Shown: in pieces, positions 36,948 through 46,457 of the stretch | Position numbering within the stretch: the stretch's first letter is position 1 | How the letters are laid out: each line of letters begins with the position of its first letter | Assembly (NCBI GenBank): GCA_013416795.1 | Contig: RQSC01000014.1 | Coordinates: forward strand, 295,557-359,556 | Reading direction: 5' to 3' | Source: Prasinococcaceae sp. CCMP 1430 | Taxonomy: Eukaryota; Plantae; Prasinodermophyta | DNA: 64,000 nucleotides | The notes under the pieces: model-generated | What the model saw: the letters and a program-made list of their open reading frames with translations, nothing else | Database searches by the model: none | Told to the model about the DNA's origin: nothing | Made by a program: the position numbers and the translations under genes

Positions 36948-38234
36948 GTGCCGCCCGCCGGCCCTCATGCACTCTTTCCATGCGTATTCTCCGGCCCGAC
37001 GCAGCTCATCCGCCACTGCGCTGGCCGGAATCCGCCGCGCGGCTTCCGATTCCGCGAGGCGTTCCCCAACGTCGCGCGTGCGCGCGGGCCCAGCGCGGGC
37101 GCCGCGGTAGGGGGCGCGGGCACCACACGCCGCGGCGGGTCGCCGGCGCCCGGGCAGCACAGGCAGGCGCTCGCCGCGGCCGCGGCGGCGCTCACGCTGG
37201 TGAGTGGCAGAGGCGAGCGCGCGAGGGCGCGGCGGAGGCGTGAGCAAGCCAGCACGCGCGCGTGAGATGCGGCAGATGGTTTTTCCGGGTGCTGACGCCA
37301 TGCTCGCTTGTGGCTCACCGCGTGCGCGCGCGCGCGCGCTCCGCCTTTCTTCGGCGGCGCCGCACACCACCGCCGGGCTACCCAACACCGCCGCCTCCGC
37401 ACCCTCCCAATCCTCTCACCCCGCGTGCCTCCCCTCCTTGCGCGCCCGCAGTCGCTCGCGCCCGCGTCCGCAAACGCCGCCTTCGACCCGTCGCGCATTG
37501 CCATGGCTTCGGCAGAGGCAGACGTGGCGCCCAAGAAGCTCTTCCAGTCGGAAGACAAGCCCAAGCCGGCGCCCAAGCCCAAGGCCGCGCCGGTGCAGAG
37601 GGTACGCGCGCGCGCGCGAGGCGCGGCAACGACGCTCTCATGCGCGTGCGAGGGAGGGAGGAAGAGAAGGGGAGGGGACATTGAGCGCGACGGTGCCACG
37701 GCCAGGCTGCGCTGCTGCCTTTCTGCTCGCCGGCGAAGCACCCTGCAGGCTGTCTTTTGGGCGACGCCGCCGCGAAGTCGCTGACGCCGCGTTGCCCATA
37801 CTCAATGGCTCCCAACTCGTCCGCATCCCGTGCGCGCCTCCCCGTGCGCGCGCCGGAACAGGTTGGCCCGAGGACCGGCGGCGCCAAGGCCGAGCGCAAG
37901 CCCGTCGAGTTCAAGGCGCCCTCGCTGCCCAAGGTGCGCAGCAGCACGCGTCGCCCGCGTTGCTCGCGCTCGCGCTCGCTCGTTGGTACGCGCCTCGCAT
38001 CCAAACGCTGTGCTGACAGTGCGTGCCTGGCCACCCGCCTGCGCGCAGTTTTCCGCGCCCAAGGTGTCGGCGCCCAAGGTGTCGGCCCCCAAGGTGTCGG
38101 CCCCCAAGGTCTCGGCGCCGTCGTTCTCGGGACCCGCGAGCGATACGCAGGAGGCTGCCATCGTCGCCGGCGCTGCCGTGCTGGGCGCCGCCCTCGCGAG
38201 CTCCGTGGTGGGCGGCCTGACCAAGCCTGAGTAA
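36948..38234 (+). CDS. Small Lys/Pro/Ala-rich protein with a C-terminal TM helix, possibly thylakoid-targeted; exons ?-37199, 37452-37601, 37862-37933, 38049-38234; start unresolved
   Basis: Three phase-0 introns with GCTGAC branch points join into one frame: RQALAAAAAALTL|SLAPASANA...(VSAPK)n...AIVAGAAVLGAALASSVVGGL. Confidence 0.65.
38052..38120 (+). repeat. 15-bp coding tandem repeat (SAPKV) x about 4.5
   Basis: TC(C/G)GC(G/C)CCCAAGGT(G/C) units. Confidence 0.9.
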
Positions 38235-38495
38235 TGCTCGCGGGCGTTGGGCACAGGCGACGGAGGTAGAAATACGCACACTTCTTTGTGACACTCGTTC
38301 ACTTGTGAGCCGCTCGACGCGCGCGCGCGCGCACGCGCTCGCGCAATGGTCACGCAGCAGGCTCGCGTGCGCCCGATGCCGGTCCCGTCGGCAGATGACC
38401 ACCTGCTCGCGACGACGCAGCGTGAGCTCAGGGCGACGTCTGTCACCCGACTTGGCGGGAATCTTTGTGTACATTTATAGAAAGGGCGCGCCTAC

Positions 38496-40037
38496 TTACT
38501 CGGGCTGCTTGAACGAGTCGACGATGGCGTTGGCGAGGTACGCGGCCTTGGCCGCCGACAGGCCCGCGAGCGACACACGGCCGTCAAAGGTCATGTACAC
38601 GTGGTGCTCGTCCCACATGTGCTGCACCTGGTTCTTGCTGAGGCCGGTGTACGAGAACATGCCGATCTGCGAGGTCACGAAGCTCCAGTCCTTGGCGGGG
38701 TCGAGCTTCTCGAGCTCGGCGCGCAGCAGCGTCCGCACGTTGTTGATGCGGCCGGACATGCCCTCCATCTCAGCCTTCCACTCGTCGAAGAGCGCGTCGT
38801 CGCCCATGACGGTGGCCACGATGCGCGCTCCGTGCACGGGCGGGTTCGAGTACATCGCGCGCGCAATGCGCTTCATCTGCGACAGCACCCTCCCGGCGGC
38901 GTCGGCATCGCTGAGCACCGCGTTCAGCGCGCCCACGCGCTCGCCGTACAGGCCGAGGTTCTTGGAGTACGACTGCGCGCACAGGAATTCGAGGCCCTTG
39001 TCGGCGAAGAGGCGCGGCGCGAACGAGTCCTTGTCGAGCGACCCCGACGCGAACCCCTGGTAGGCCACGTCGAAGAAGGGGAAGAGGCCGCACTCCTCGC
39101 ACAGCGCGGCGATCTGCTCCCACTGCTCGGGCGTCGGGTCGATGCCGGTCGGGTTGTGCGCGCAGCCGTGCAGCACGACGACGCTGCCCTTGGGCGCCGC
39201 GCGAAGGTCCTCGCACATGCCCTCGAAGTCCAGGCCGGTGGTCTCCTTGTTGAAGTAGCGGTACATCTTGGTGGGCACGCCCGCGTCCGCGAAAATGTTC
39301 TTGTGGTTGCCCCAGGTGGGGTTGGACAGGTACACGGTCGCGTCCGGCAGGTAGCGGTTGATGAACGCCGCGCCCACGCGCAGGGAGCCCGTGCCCGACA
39401 GCGACTGCACGGTCGCCACGCGGCCCTCGGCGGCGGCGGCGGACCCCTCGCCCAGCAGGAGGCGCACGGTGGCGGCGTTGAACTCGGCCAGGCCCTGGAT
39501 CGGCAAGTACTCCTTGTTCTCCGCGGCAGCGAGCATCTGCGAGGCGAGGCGCGCGGACGCGCGGCGCAATCGCGGCGGACGCGCGGCACACGCTGAGGCG
39601 TCAGCTGCGTTCAGAGATGGTCCGTGCGACAGGCGACCGCAGCACACGCCTGGGACAGGCGGGAGGGCAAAGGGCTGGGTGGGGGGGGGGGTCGCCCGGA
39701 TCGAGGGCGACGGAGGGCGAGGAAAGAAAGCGACACGAGCGCGCGCGCGCGCCGCCGCGCCGCGGCGCGCCGCCAGCGCGCCGCCTGAGCGGCGGCCCGA
39801 TCGGTGCGCCGAGCCCCCCTCGAACGCGCGCCGTCGCCGCACCTTCTCCTCGGCCTTGGTTACGACCGGCAGCACGTAGGGCTTCAGATCCTCCGTGCGG
39901 TAGGCGCCGACGCCAAGATTGAGCTTGTCGGGCGACTCGTCCTTCTTGAACGCCTCAGACACGCCGAGGATGGGGTCCGCGGGCGCCTGCTCGACGAAGC
40001 CGAGCGCCGACTCGGCCGCGCGCGGCGCGGCGCGGCG
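38496..40037 (-). CDS. Aspartate aminotransferase (class I PLP, plastid type likely); intron 39842-39537; 5' end broken at N 40038
   Basis: APADPILGV, KLNLGVGAYR, QSLSGTGSLR, LHGCAHNPTG, FFDVAYQGF, SYSKNLGLYGER. Confidence 0.96.
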   Translation of the reverse strand, partial: RRAAPRAAESALGFVEQAPADPILGVSEAFKKDESPDKLNLGVGAYRTEDLKPYVLPVVTKAEEKVRRRRAFEGGSAHRSGRRSGGALAARRGAAARARARVAFFPRPPSPSIRATPPPTQPFALPPVPGVCCGRLSHGPSLNAADASACAARPPRLRRASARLASQMLAAAENKEYLPIQGLAEFNAATVRLLLGEGSAAAAEGRVATVQSLSGTGSLRVGAAFINRYLPDATVYLSNPTWGNHKNIFADAGVPTKMYRYFNKETTGLDFEGMCEDLRAAPKGSVVVLHGCAHNPTGIDPTPEQWEQIAALCEECGLFPFFDVAYQGFASGSLDKDSFAPRLFADKGLEFLCAQSYSKNLGLYGERVGALNAVLSDADAAGRVLSQMKRIARAMYSNPPVHGARIVATVMGDDALFDEWKAEMEGMSGRINNVRTLLRAELEKLDPAKDWSFVTSQIGMFSYTGLSKNQVQHMWDEHHVYMTFDGRVSLAGLSAAKAAYLANAIVDSFKQPE

Positions 40038-40298
40038 NGTACAATGGGGCGCGCCGGCAGGACTCGCCTGTGGCGCAGCCGGCCGCGGCACGCACACGGA
40101 AGCCTGCGCGAGCGTCGGGAGCGCGCACGCCGCCCAAACGAAAGGGCCCGAATAGGGGCGGTAGCGAGGGTGGCTCTGCCTCAGAGGGTCACATGCGCTC
40201 GCGGCGGCGCGGCGATCGGCTGGTCCGCCGGAGGGGTCGGCTCGGCGAGCCGGATCGGCGCCGAGGTGCGGAGGGATATCCGCTGCGCGCAGGCGCGC

Positions 40299-40299
<1 letters not shown>

Positions 40300-40329
<30 letters not shown>
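40300..40329. repeat. (CAG)10 microsatellite
   Basis: Read directly. Confidence 0.9.
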
Positions 40330-40330
<1 letters not shown>

Positions 40331-40751
40331 CGCGGGCCGCGAGCCAGCCCGGCGGAGCCGATTGGCGCGAGGGGCGGCAGGCCGAAGCAGAGAGAGACGA
40401 TATTTGTAACCACGGGCGATCAATTGATGCGCGCCGCCGCGCGCGGGGGCGGCCCGGTGGGAGCTGAGCTCGCGCGCCTGGGGAGGCGCGCGCGGACAGG
40501 CAGCGAGCAGCGTCGCCCGCCGGGACGACGCACGCGAGGGGGGAGAGCGGCATGCAGTGCGCTCCCCGCGCGCGCCAGCCGGCAGGTGCCACCGCCAGCA
40601 CGCGCGGCGAGGCGCCGTGGGCCCGTGGCTCGCATGTGATGTATTTGTATATTAAAAAAATGAAATGCGCAGGCGTTGCCTCCAGCTGGGTAGCGAGGTA
40701 GGTCTGCCGCGCACGTGCTGTGGCAGCAGCCGCACGCGCCAGTGCCATATA

Positions 40752-43370
40752 TCACCCGGCGGTGGCATCCGCTGCCGCGCGCAGCAAGGCCCTGCACTCG
40801 CTCGCGGCGCTCGCCTCGTGGGCATCGGCGTGCTCGGCGTCGGGGACGGCGTCGAGGCTCTCGAGAACGACGGCCTGCTCCTCGCTCGTGAGCGCGGCGG
40901 CGTTGGAGGGCAGCAACGCGCGCAGTTCCCCGAGTGCGAGGGCGCGAGCGGCCCAGCGAGCACGCAGCCCCTCAGCGAGCGCTCCGCGTATGGCAGCCGC
41001 GGCGAGCTCAGGCACGCGCGCGGCACGCGCCGCAGCGGCTGCCGCCCCCAAGGCGCGTTCTGCCTGCGCGGCGTGTCGTGCCGCCACCACGGAGTTGCCA
41101 CTGGCACGCGCCCTCTCAGCACCGCCGCGGGCCGAGCGCACCACCGTGGCGGCGCGCTCGAGTAGCGCGCGCACCTGAGCGACGCCGCAGCCAGCGTGTG
41201 CGCGCACGCTCGCCAGCGCTGCGCACACCAGCGGCGCGTCCTGTGGCAGCGCCCACGGCCAGCTCGAGACCAGTGCGCTCAGCGCACCGCCGCCCGCTCC
41301 GGCGCGCCAGAGCAGCGTAGGCACGTCAACCTCCCCAACGCCCGTCGCCAGCCGTGCGAGCAGAGCCTCGAGCCGCGAAGCGCTCGTGCCGCCGCCTTCA
41401 TCGCTACCAATGCGCGCGGCGGCGAGGTCGGCAGCGCGCGCGCGCTCGGCCTCGGCGGCCGCGCACGCTGCATGGAAGAGGACGCCGGCCATGCCATCCA
41501 CATGCGCCGCCACATCGCTCACTGCCGCAGCTGCGATCACCTCGTCCGCGCCCGCGTCCTCACCTGCGACCGACGCTTCCAGCGCGCTGCAGGTTGCTTC
41601 ACCGAGCGCGGCCACCAGCCTGTTCGCCGCGTCGTTGGTGGCAGAGTCGCGGCACGCAAGCCTCGCGTGGCACAGCAGCGGCGGCAGCAACGACGAAAGT
41701 ACAGCGTCGACATTGCCCGCGCCTGCGCCGGCTGGAAGTAGCACCGAGCGGCAGAGCGCGTCCGCGGCGCGCACCCAGCCCACCAGCGGCGCGCCTTCGG
41801 CGTCCACGAGCCCCGCCACGAGGGCCGGCAACCACGCGGCGGATGCCGTGGTCTGAGCAAGCACTGCGCAACACTGCGCTGCCGTCTCGCGTGTGTGCGC
41901 GTCGCACATGCAGCCTGCGAGCGCGCGCAACATCGGGCCCATGTGCTGGACGCAGCGGCCCTCCACCAGCACCAGCATGGTGCGCAGCATCTGCACCGCC
42001 TGCAGGCGTGACTCGACGTTGCGCTCCGTGCACTCGTTGAGGAGTGCGGTGATGCCCCGGTTGAAGGCTCCGACGGCGATGAGACGCGCTCCGATGCGTG
42101 GCCGCGGCCGATCCGCGAAGGGGTGTGGCAGGTGCTCGGGGGCGATGCGCGCCATGCCCCCGAGGGCGCCGCACCCCGCGCGCCCCCCCCCCCTCTCGCG
42201 CACCGTCGCCCTCTCCTCTGGCAGCCAGTCGAGCTCGTCCTTGAGCTCCTCCTTCTTATCCTCCTCGTGCGCGGCCCCCAGCGACAGCAGTACGTCGAGC
42301 GCGGCCTCGCGCGTAGCACCGACCTCGTCGCTCATCGCAGCGAGCACGTACACGCCCAGCCGTGGCTCGTAGTCGTACCGCTCATCGAGCGAGAGCAGCC
42401 AGCGGCCGAGCGTGTCGAGGAGCGCGCGGCGCACCGCAGGGTTTGCGTCCCGTGCAAGCGCGGCGAAGTAGTTGGCGCGTCGCTCGCCCTCGTAGAAAGC
42501 CTTGATCGGTACGACGTTTGCGTCGCGGTGGCCGCTGAGCTCGAGCAGAACGTTTGCGCCCCCGTTGAAGACGAGCGCCTCGAGCGCGCTCAGCGCGGCG
42601 ACGCGCACGCGCGCGTGCCTGTGCGCCAGCGCGGGGCACAGGCTGCGCGCCACGATCTCGGCGAGCGCCGGTGCGTCGCTGCCCTGCTTTCCGAGCGCGG
42701 CGCGCCCCAGCGCTGCGGCAACCATGGCGCACAGCGAACAGGCGGCGACGCACACTGCCGCGGCGGCGTCGCTCGCGCCGGCCATCGCCACCTCGGCGAG
42801 ACGCCCGCCCTGCGCTCGCACGGCCGTCGGCGCGGCGGCCGCGACAGCAGGCAGCAGCCGAGACACCAGCGCCAGCAGCGCCGCGCGCACCTCCTCGCTA
42901 GGCTCGGCGGGCGGCGGCGCCGCGGCGTTGAACTCGACGGCGCCGCCGTACCGGTCGCTCACGACGCTCACCAGCCGGTCGCGCCGCAGCCGCGCCCATG
43001 CCACGGGACACGCGTACTTCCACATGCCCACGGCCGCCGCGCCGCCGCCCGCCGACACGAGCGCGTTGATGCACTCGAGCGACTCGACGCGTAGCGCTTC
43101 GGTGGTGTCCTCGAGGCGCAGCACGAGCGCCTTTCCGACCGCGCCGGCGGCGAGCGACGCCAGTGAGGCCATCGACGGCCCGCGCTCCCCCAGCAGCACC
43201 TCACGCACGCGCGCCAGCGCGCCTCGCCGCGCGGCCGCCGGCGTGCCGACAGCATCGGCCAGCGTGTTGAGGTCGCGCCGCACTGCCGCCAGGCACTCGT
43301 CCGCGCCCGCGCCCAGGAGGTCCGGGCATGGCGTGCTCCCAGTCGCGGGCGCCGCCGGCAGCGCCGCCAT
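40752..43370 (-). CDS. Second DNAAF5/HEATR2-like HEAT-repeat protein (may extend into the gap)
   Basis: EPSEEVRAALL, HRHARVRVAAL, LARDANPAVRR, RWLLSLDERYDYEPRL..LAAMSDE, RPRIGAR. Confidence 0.7.
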   Translation of the reverse strand: MAALPAAPATGSTPCPDLLGAGADECLAAVRRDLNTLADAVGTPAAARRGALARVREVLLGERGPSMASLASLAAGAVGKALVLRLEDTTEALRVESLECINALVSAGGGAAAVGMWKYACPVAWARLRRDRLVSVVSDRYGGAVEFNAAAPPPAEPSEEVRAALLALVSRLLPAVAAAAPTAVRAQGGRLAEVAMAGASDAAAAVCVAACSLCAMVAAALGRAALGKQGSDAPALAEIVARSLCPALAHRHARVRVAALSALEALVFNGGANVLLELSGHRDANVVPIKAFYEGERRANYFAALARDANPAVRRALLDTLGRWLLSLDERYDYEPRLGVYVLAAMSDEVGATREAALDVLLSLGAAHEEDKKEELKDELDWLPEERATVRERGGGRAGCGALGGMARIAPEHLPHPFADRPRPRIGARLIAVGAFNRGITALLNECTERNVESRLQAVQMLRTMLVLVEGRCVQHMGPMLRALAGCMCDAHTRETAAQCCAVLAQTTASAAWLPALVAGLVDAEGAPLVGWVRAADALCRSVLLPAGAGAGNVDAVLSSLLPPLLCHARLACRDSATNDAANRLVAALGEATCSALEASVAGEDAGADEVIAAAAVSDVAAHVDGMAGVLFHAACAAAEAERARAADLAAARIGSDEGGGTSASRLEALLARLATGVGEVDVPTLLWRAGAGGGALSALVSSWPWALPQDAPLVCAALASVRAHAGCGVAQVRALLERAATVVRSARGGAERARASGNSVVAARHAAQAERALGAAAAAARAARVPELAAAAIRGALAEGLRARWAARALALGELRALLPSNAAALTSEEQAVVLESLDAVPDAEHADAHEASAASECRALLRAAADATAG

Positions 43371-43692
43371 TGCTGCCTGCGCCGGCGACNNNNNNNNNNN
43401 NNNNNNNNNNNNNNNNNNNNNNNNNNNNNNNNNNNNNNNNNNNNNNNNNNNNNNNNNNNNNNNNNNNNNNNNNNNNNNNNNNNNNNNNNNNNNNNNNNNN
43501 NNNNNNNNNNNNNNNNNCGGCCCACGGCCCTGGCCGCACCTGCGGCCGAGCTGGTGCCGCTGTCGCTGAGCCGTGCGTGTCATACGCGCGGCGCGCGGCG
43601 CGCATCGGAAGGTGGCCGCGGCCAGGCTGCGAGGCCGCGCCGACCGCACGGGAAGGTGGGGGAGGTGGGAGGAGGCGCGAGCGACGGCCGCC

Positions 43693-44610
43693 ATGAGGGC
43701 GCCGGCGCGGCTGGCACAGGCGGTGCTGGTGGCGCTCGCGCTCGCGGCTGCGGCAGCTGGCGCGGCTGCCGCGGCGCGCGTGCGGCCCGAGGCAGCAATC
43801 AGCAGCGACCATGACGTCGTGCTCGTGAGCGGCGCGACGGGCCGCACGGGACGCCTCGCATACGAGGCGCTCAGGGCGCGCCCGGGCGCCCCGGCGCTGG
43901 CGACCCGCGCGCTCGTGCGCAACGTGACCAAGGCACGCGAGGTGCTCGGCTGCGGTGCCTGCACGCCCGCCGAGGGTATCTTCGTGGGTGACGTCACTGG
44001 GGAGCTGCCTGACGAGGCCTTCGCCGGCGCGGACGCTCTGATAATTGCGACCAGCTCGGTGCCGCATCAGCTGCCCGACGGCAGTTGGGCCTACTACGAG
44101 GGTGCCTACCCAGTCGACATCGACTTCAAAGGTACAATCAACCAGGTTGCCGCGGCCTCCCGGCACTGCGACCGCGTCGTCCTCATCTCCAGCATGGGCA
44201 CGACGCAGCCCGACTCGTTCCTAGACCTGTTGGGCGGTGGGCACGTGCTCATGTACAAGCTGGCGGCCGAGGCGCACCTGATGGCCGTTGCGAGCGCCAA
44301 CTCACTGTCGTACACGATCATCAAGCCGTCGGGGCTCACCGACGTCGCCGCGGGCGCGGCCGCGCTCGTGGTCGGCCATGAGGATGACTTCGGCGCGCAC
44401 AAGTGCGGTGAGGGCGCCGGGGGCTGCATGTCGGTGGCACGCAGCGACGTCGCCGCCGTTGCCGTCGCGGCAGCGGCAGAGTACGCGTGCGGCGCGAGCT
44501 TCGTGCGCTTCGACCTCACGAGCGACAGGACAGGCGAGGCGCCCAAGGACTTCGAAAAGCTCTTCGACGCCGCGCGCGTGTACGCCAGCGCCACCGGCGC
44601 GCTCGCCTGA
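43693..44610 (+). CDS. NAD(P)-binding Rossmann-fold (atypical SDR/NmrA-like) protein with an N-terminal hydrophobic signal
   Basis: VLVSGATGRTG, RALVRN, PVDIDFKGTINQV, LISSMGTT, YKLAAEAHL, YTIIKPSGL. Confidence 0.88.
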   Translation: MRAPARLAQAVLVALALAAAAAGAAAAARVRPEAAISSDHDVVLVSGATGRTGRLAYEALRARPGAPALATRALVRNVTKAREVLGCGACTPAEGIFVGDVTGELPDEAFAGADALIIATSSVPHQLPDGSWAYYEGAYPVDIDFKGTINQVAAASRHCDRVVLISSMGTTQPDSFLDLLGGGHVLMYKLAAEAHLMAVASANSLSYTIIKPSGLTDVAAGAAALVVGHEDDFGAHKCGEGAGGCMSVARSDVAAVAVAAAAEYACGASFVRFDLTSDRTGEAPKDFEKLFDAARVYASATGALA

Positions 44611-44783
44611 GCTGGCATGTAATCGGTCCGGCCGCCTGGGTAGCCGCGGGGGGGAGGAGGGGAGGGGAGGACTCGCGGACCTGGACACGGGACACTAGCA
44701 CTGCCGGTGAGGCGATGAGACGTTTGTAATTACGATGTCCACAAGTGGCGCGCCATCCATGCGTCCTGGCTCCCCGCCCCCAC

Positions 44784-45809
44784 TCACTGCACCCACCCGA
44801 CCTCCTCGAGGGCCGCGTGGGCCGCCCAGCCCCCGCTTGTGGCAGGCATGGCGTGCGTCCCCGCCACGTCGGGCAGCGCGAGCGCGTGGCGGTGCAGTGC
44901 CACTGTGCGTGCGAGCCACAGCGCGGCGTCCTCGGTGGGCGCCGTGAGCGTTGCCGCTGCGGCTTGTCCGACCTCTTCCTCCTCACGCGTTGGCTCGGGG
45001 CCCCGCCACGTGCCGTCTGCCTCGAGCCCCAGCAGCTTCAGCCAAAACGCGTGCGCACCGGCACTCTTTAGAAATGGGAGGCCCACGACGACGGCGGCGC
45101 GCGACGTGAGCGCTGTCTCCTGCGCTGCGCTCGCTCGCTCCCACCATGCGTCAAAGGGCCCGCGCGCCAGCGCCGGCTGCGTAATGATGCACGACGCACC
45201 GGCGTCCACCTTGTCGTGCGCGCGCTCGGGCGGATCCTGCGGAGGGCCTTCGAATGGGGAGCCCCCATCGACGTCGAGAGTGCTCGGATTTGCCACCGCG
45301 AGGAGCGGCACCGACGGGTGACGCTTCCGTATCGCTGCGATGGCCACCGCAGCGCGGACCCGCTCCCCTCGGCGACCGGCGGTGCCCCGGGTGAACATCT
45401 CGCCTTTTCGAGCATCGCTTCCTCCAACGATGAGCAGGGCGTCGGCGGGCCTCTTGTCACGGTCGCAGAGCAGCGCGTCGGCCTCGGCGCACAGCTCGGG
45501 CAGCGTCTTGGACGAGCACGGCACAGTGCGCACGCGCCGCGGGGCGGCGTCCAGCGAGCGCAGCGCGAGCGCGTCCGACGCAGCAGCGGTGCTGCTCGGC
45601 GAGCCGCCCGCGGAGAGCGAGGGGCATCCGAGGTGCGGCGCGGGCAGCGTGGGGAGGAGCCCCGCGTCTGCGAACGCCGCGGCGCGCACGGAGGCGGCGA
45701 TTGCCCCGCACTCGAGCAGCTTCAGCGATGCGGTCCCGCCGCCGCCGCCGTCGTCCGGGCGGGGCGCTCGGCCGCGGCTCGTCTGTACCGCCCCGCCGCC
45801 GTGCTGTCC
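44784..45809 (-). CDS. Methylenetetrahydrofolate reductase (MetF)-like FAD TIM-barrel protein, 5'-truncated by gap
   Basis: LLIVGGS, LAVANP, DKVDAGASCIITQP resemble MTHFR catalytic-domain motifs. Confidence 0.6.
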   Translation of the reverse strand, partial: GQHGGGAVQTSRGRAPRPDDGGGGGTASLKLLECGAIAASVRAAAFADAGLLPTLPAPHLGCPSLSAGGSPSSTAAASDALALRSLDAAPRRVRTVPCSSKTLPELCAEADALLCDRDKRPADALLIVGGSDARKGEMFTRGTAGRRGERVRAAVAIAAIRKRHPSVPLLAVANPSTLDVDGGSPFEGPPQDPPERAHDKVDAGASCIITQPALARGPFDAWWERASAAQETALTSRAAVVVGLPFLKSAGAHAFWLKLLGLEADGTWRGPEPTREEEEVGQAAAATLTAPTEDAALWLARTVALHRHALALPDVAGTHAMPATSGGWAAHAALEEVGWVQ

Positions 45810-46457
45810 NNNNNNNNNNNNNNNNNNNNNNNNNNNNNNNNNNNNNNNNNNNNNNNNNNNNNNNNNNNNNNNNNNNNNNNNNNNNNNNNNNNNNNNNNNN
45901 NNNNNNNNNNNNNNNNNNNNNNNNNNNNNNNNNNNNNNNNNNNNNNNNNNNNNNNNNNNNNNNNNNNNNNNNNNNNNNNNNNNNNNNNNNNNNNNNNNNN
46001 NNNNNNNNNNNNNNNNNNNNNNNNNNNNNNNNNNNNNNNNNNNNNNNNNNNNNNNNNNNNNNNNNNNNNNNNNNNNNNNNNNNNNNNNNNNNNNNNNNNN
46101 NNNNNNNNNNNNNNNNNNNNNNNNNNNNNNNNNNNNNNNNNNNNNNNNNNNNNNNNNNNNNNNNNNNNNNNNNNNNNNNNNNNNNNNNNNNNNNNNNNNN
46201 NNNNNNNNNNNNNNNNNNNNNNNNNNNNNNNNNNNNNNNNNNNNNNNNNNNNNNNNNNNNNNNNNNNNNNNNNNNNNNNNNNNNNNNNNNNNNNNNNNNN
46301 NNNNNNNNNNNNNNNNNNNNNNNNNNNNNNNNNNNNNNNNNNNNNNNNNNNNNNNNNNNNNNNNNNNNNNNNNNNNNNNNNNNNNNNNNNNNNNNNNNNN
46401 NNNNNNNNNNNNNNNNNNNNNNNNNNNNNNNNNNNNNNNNNNNNNNNNNNNNNNNNN

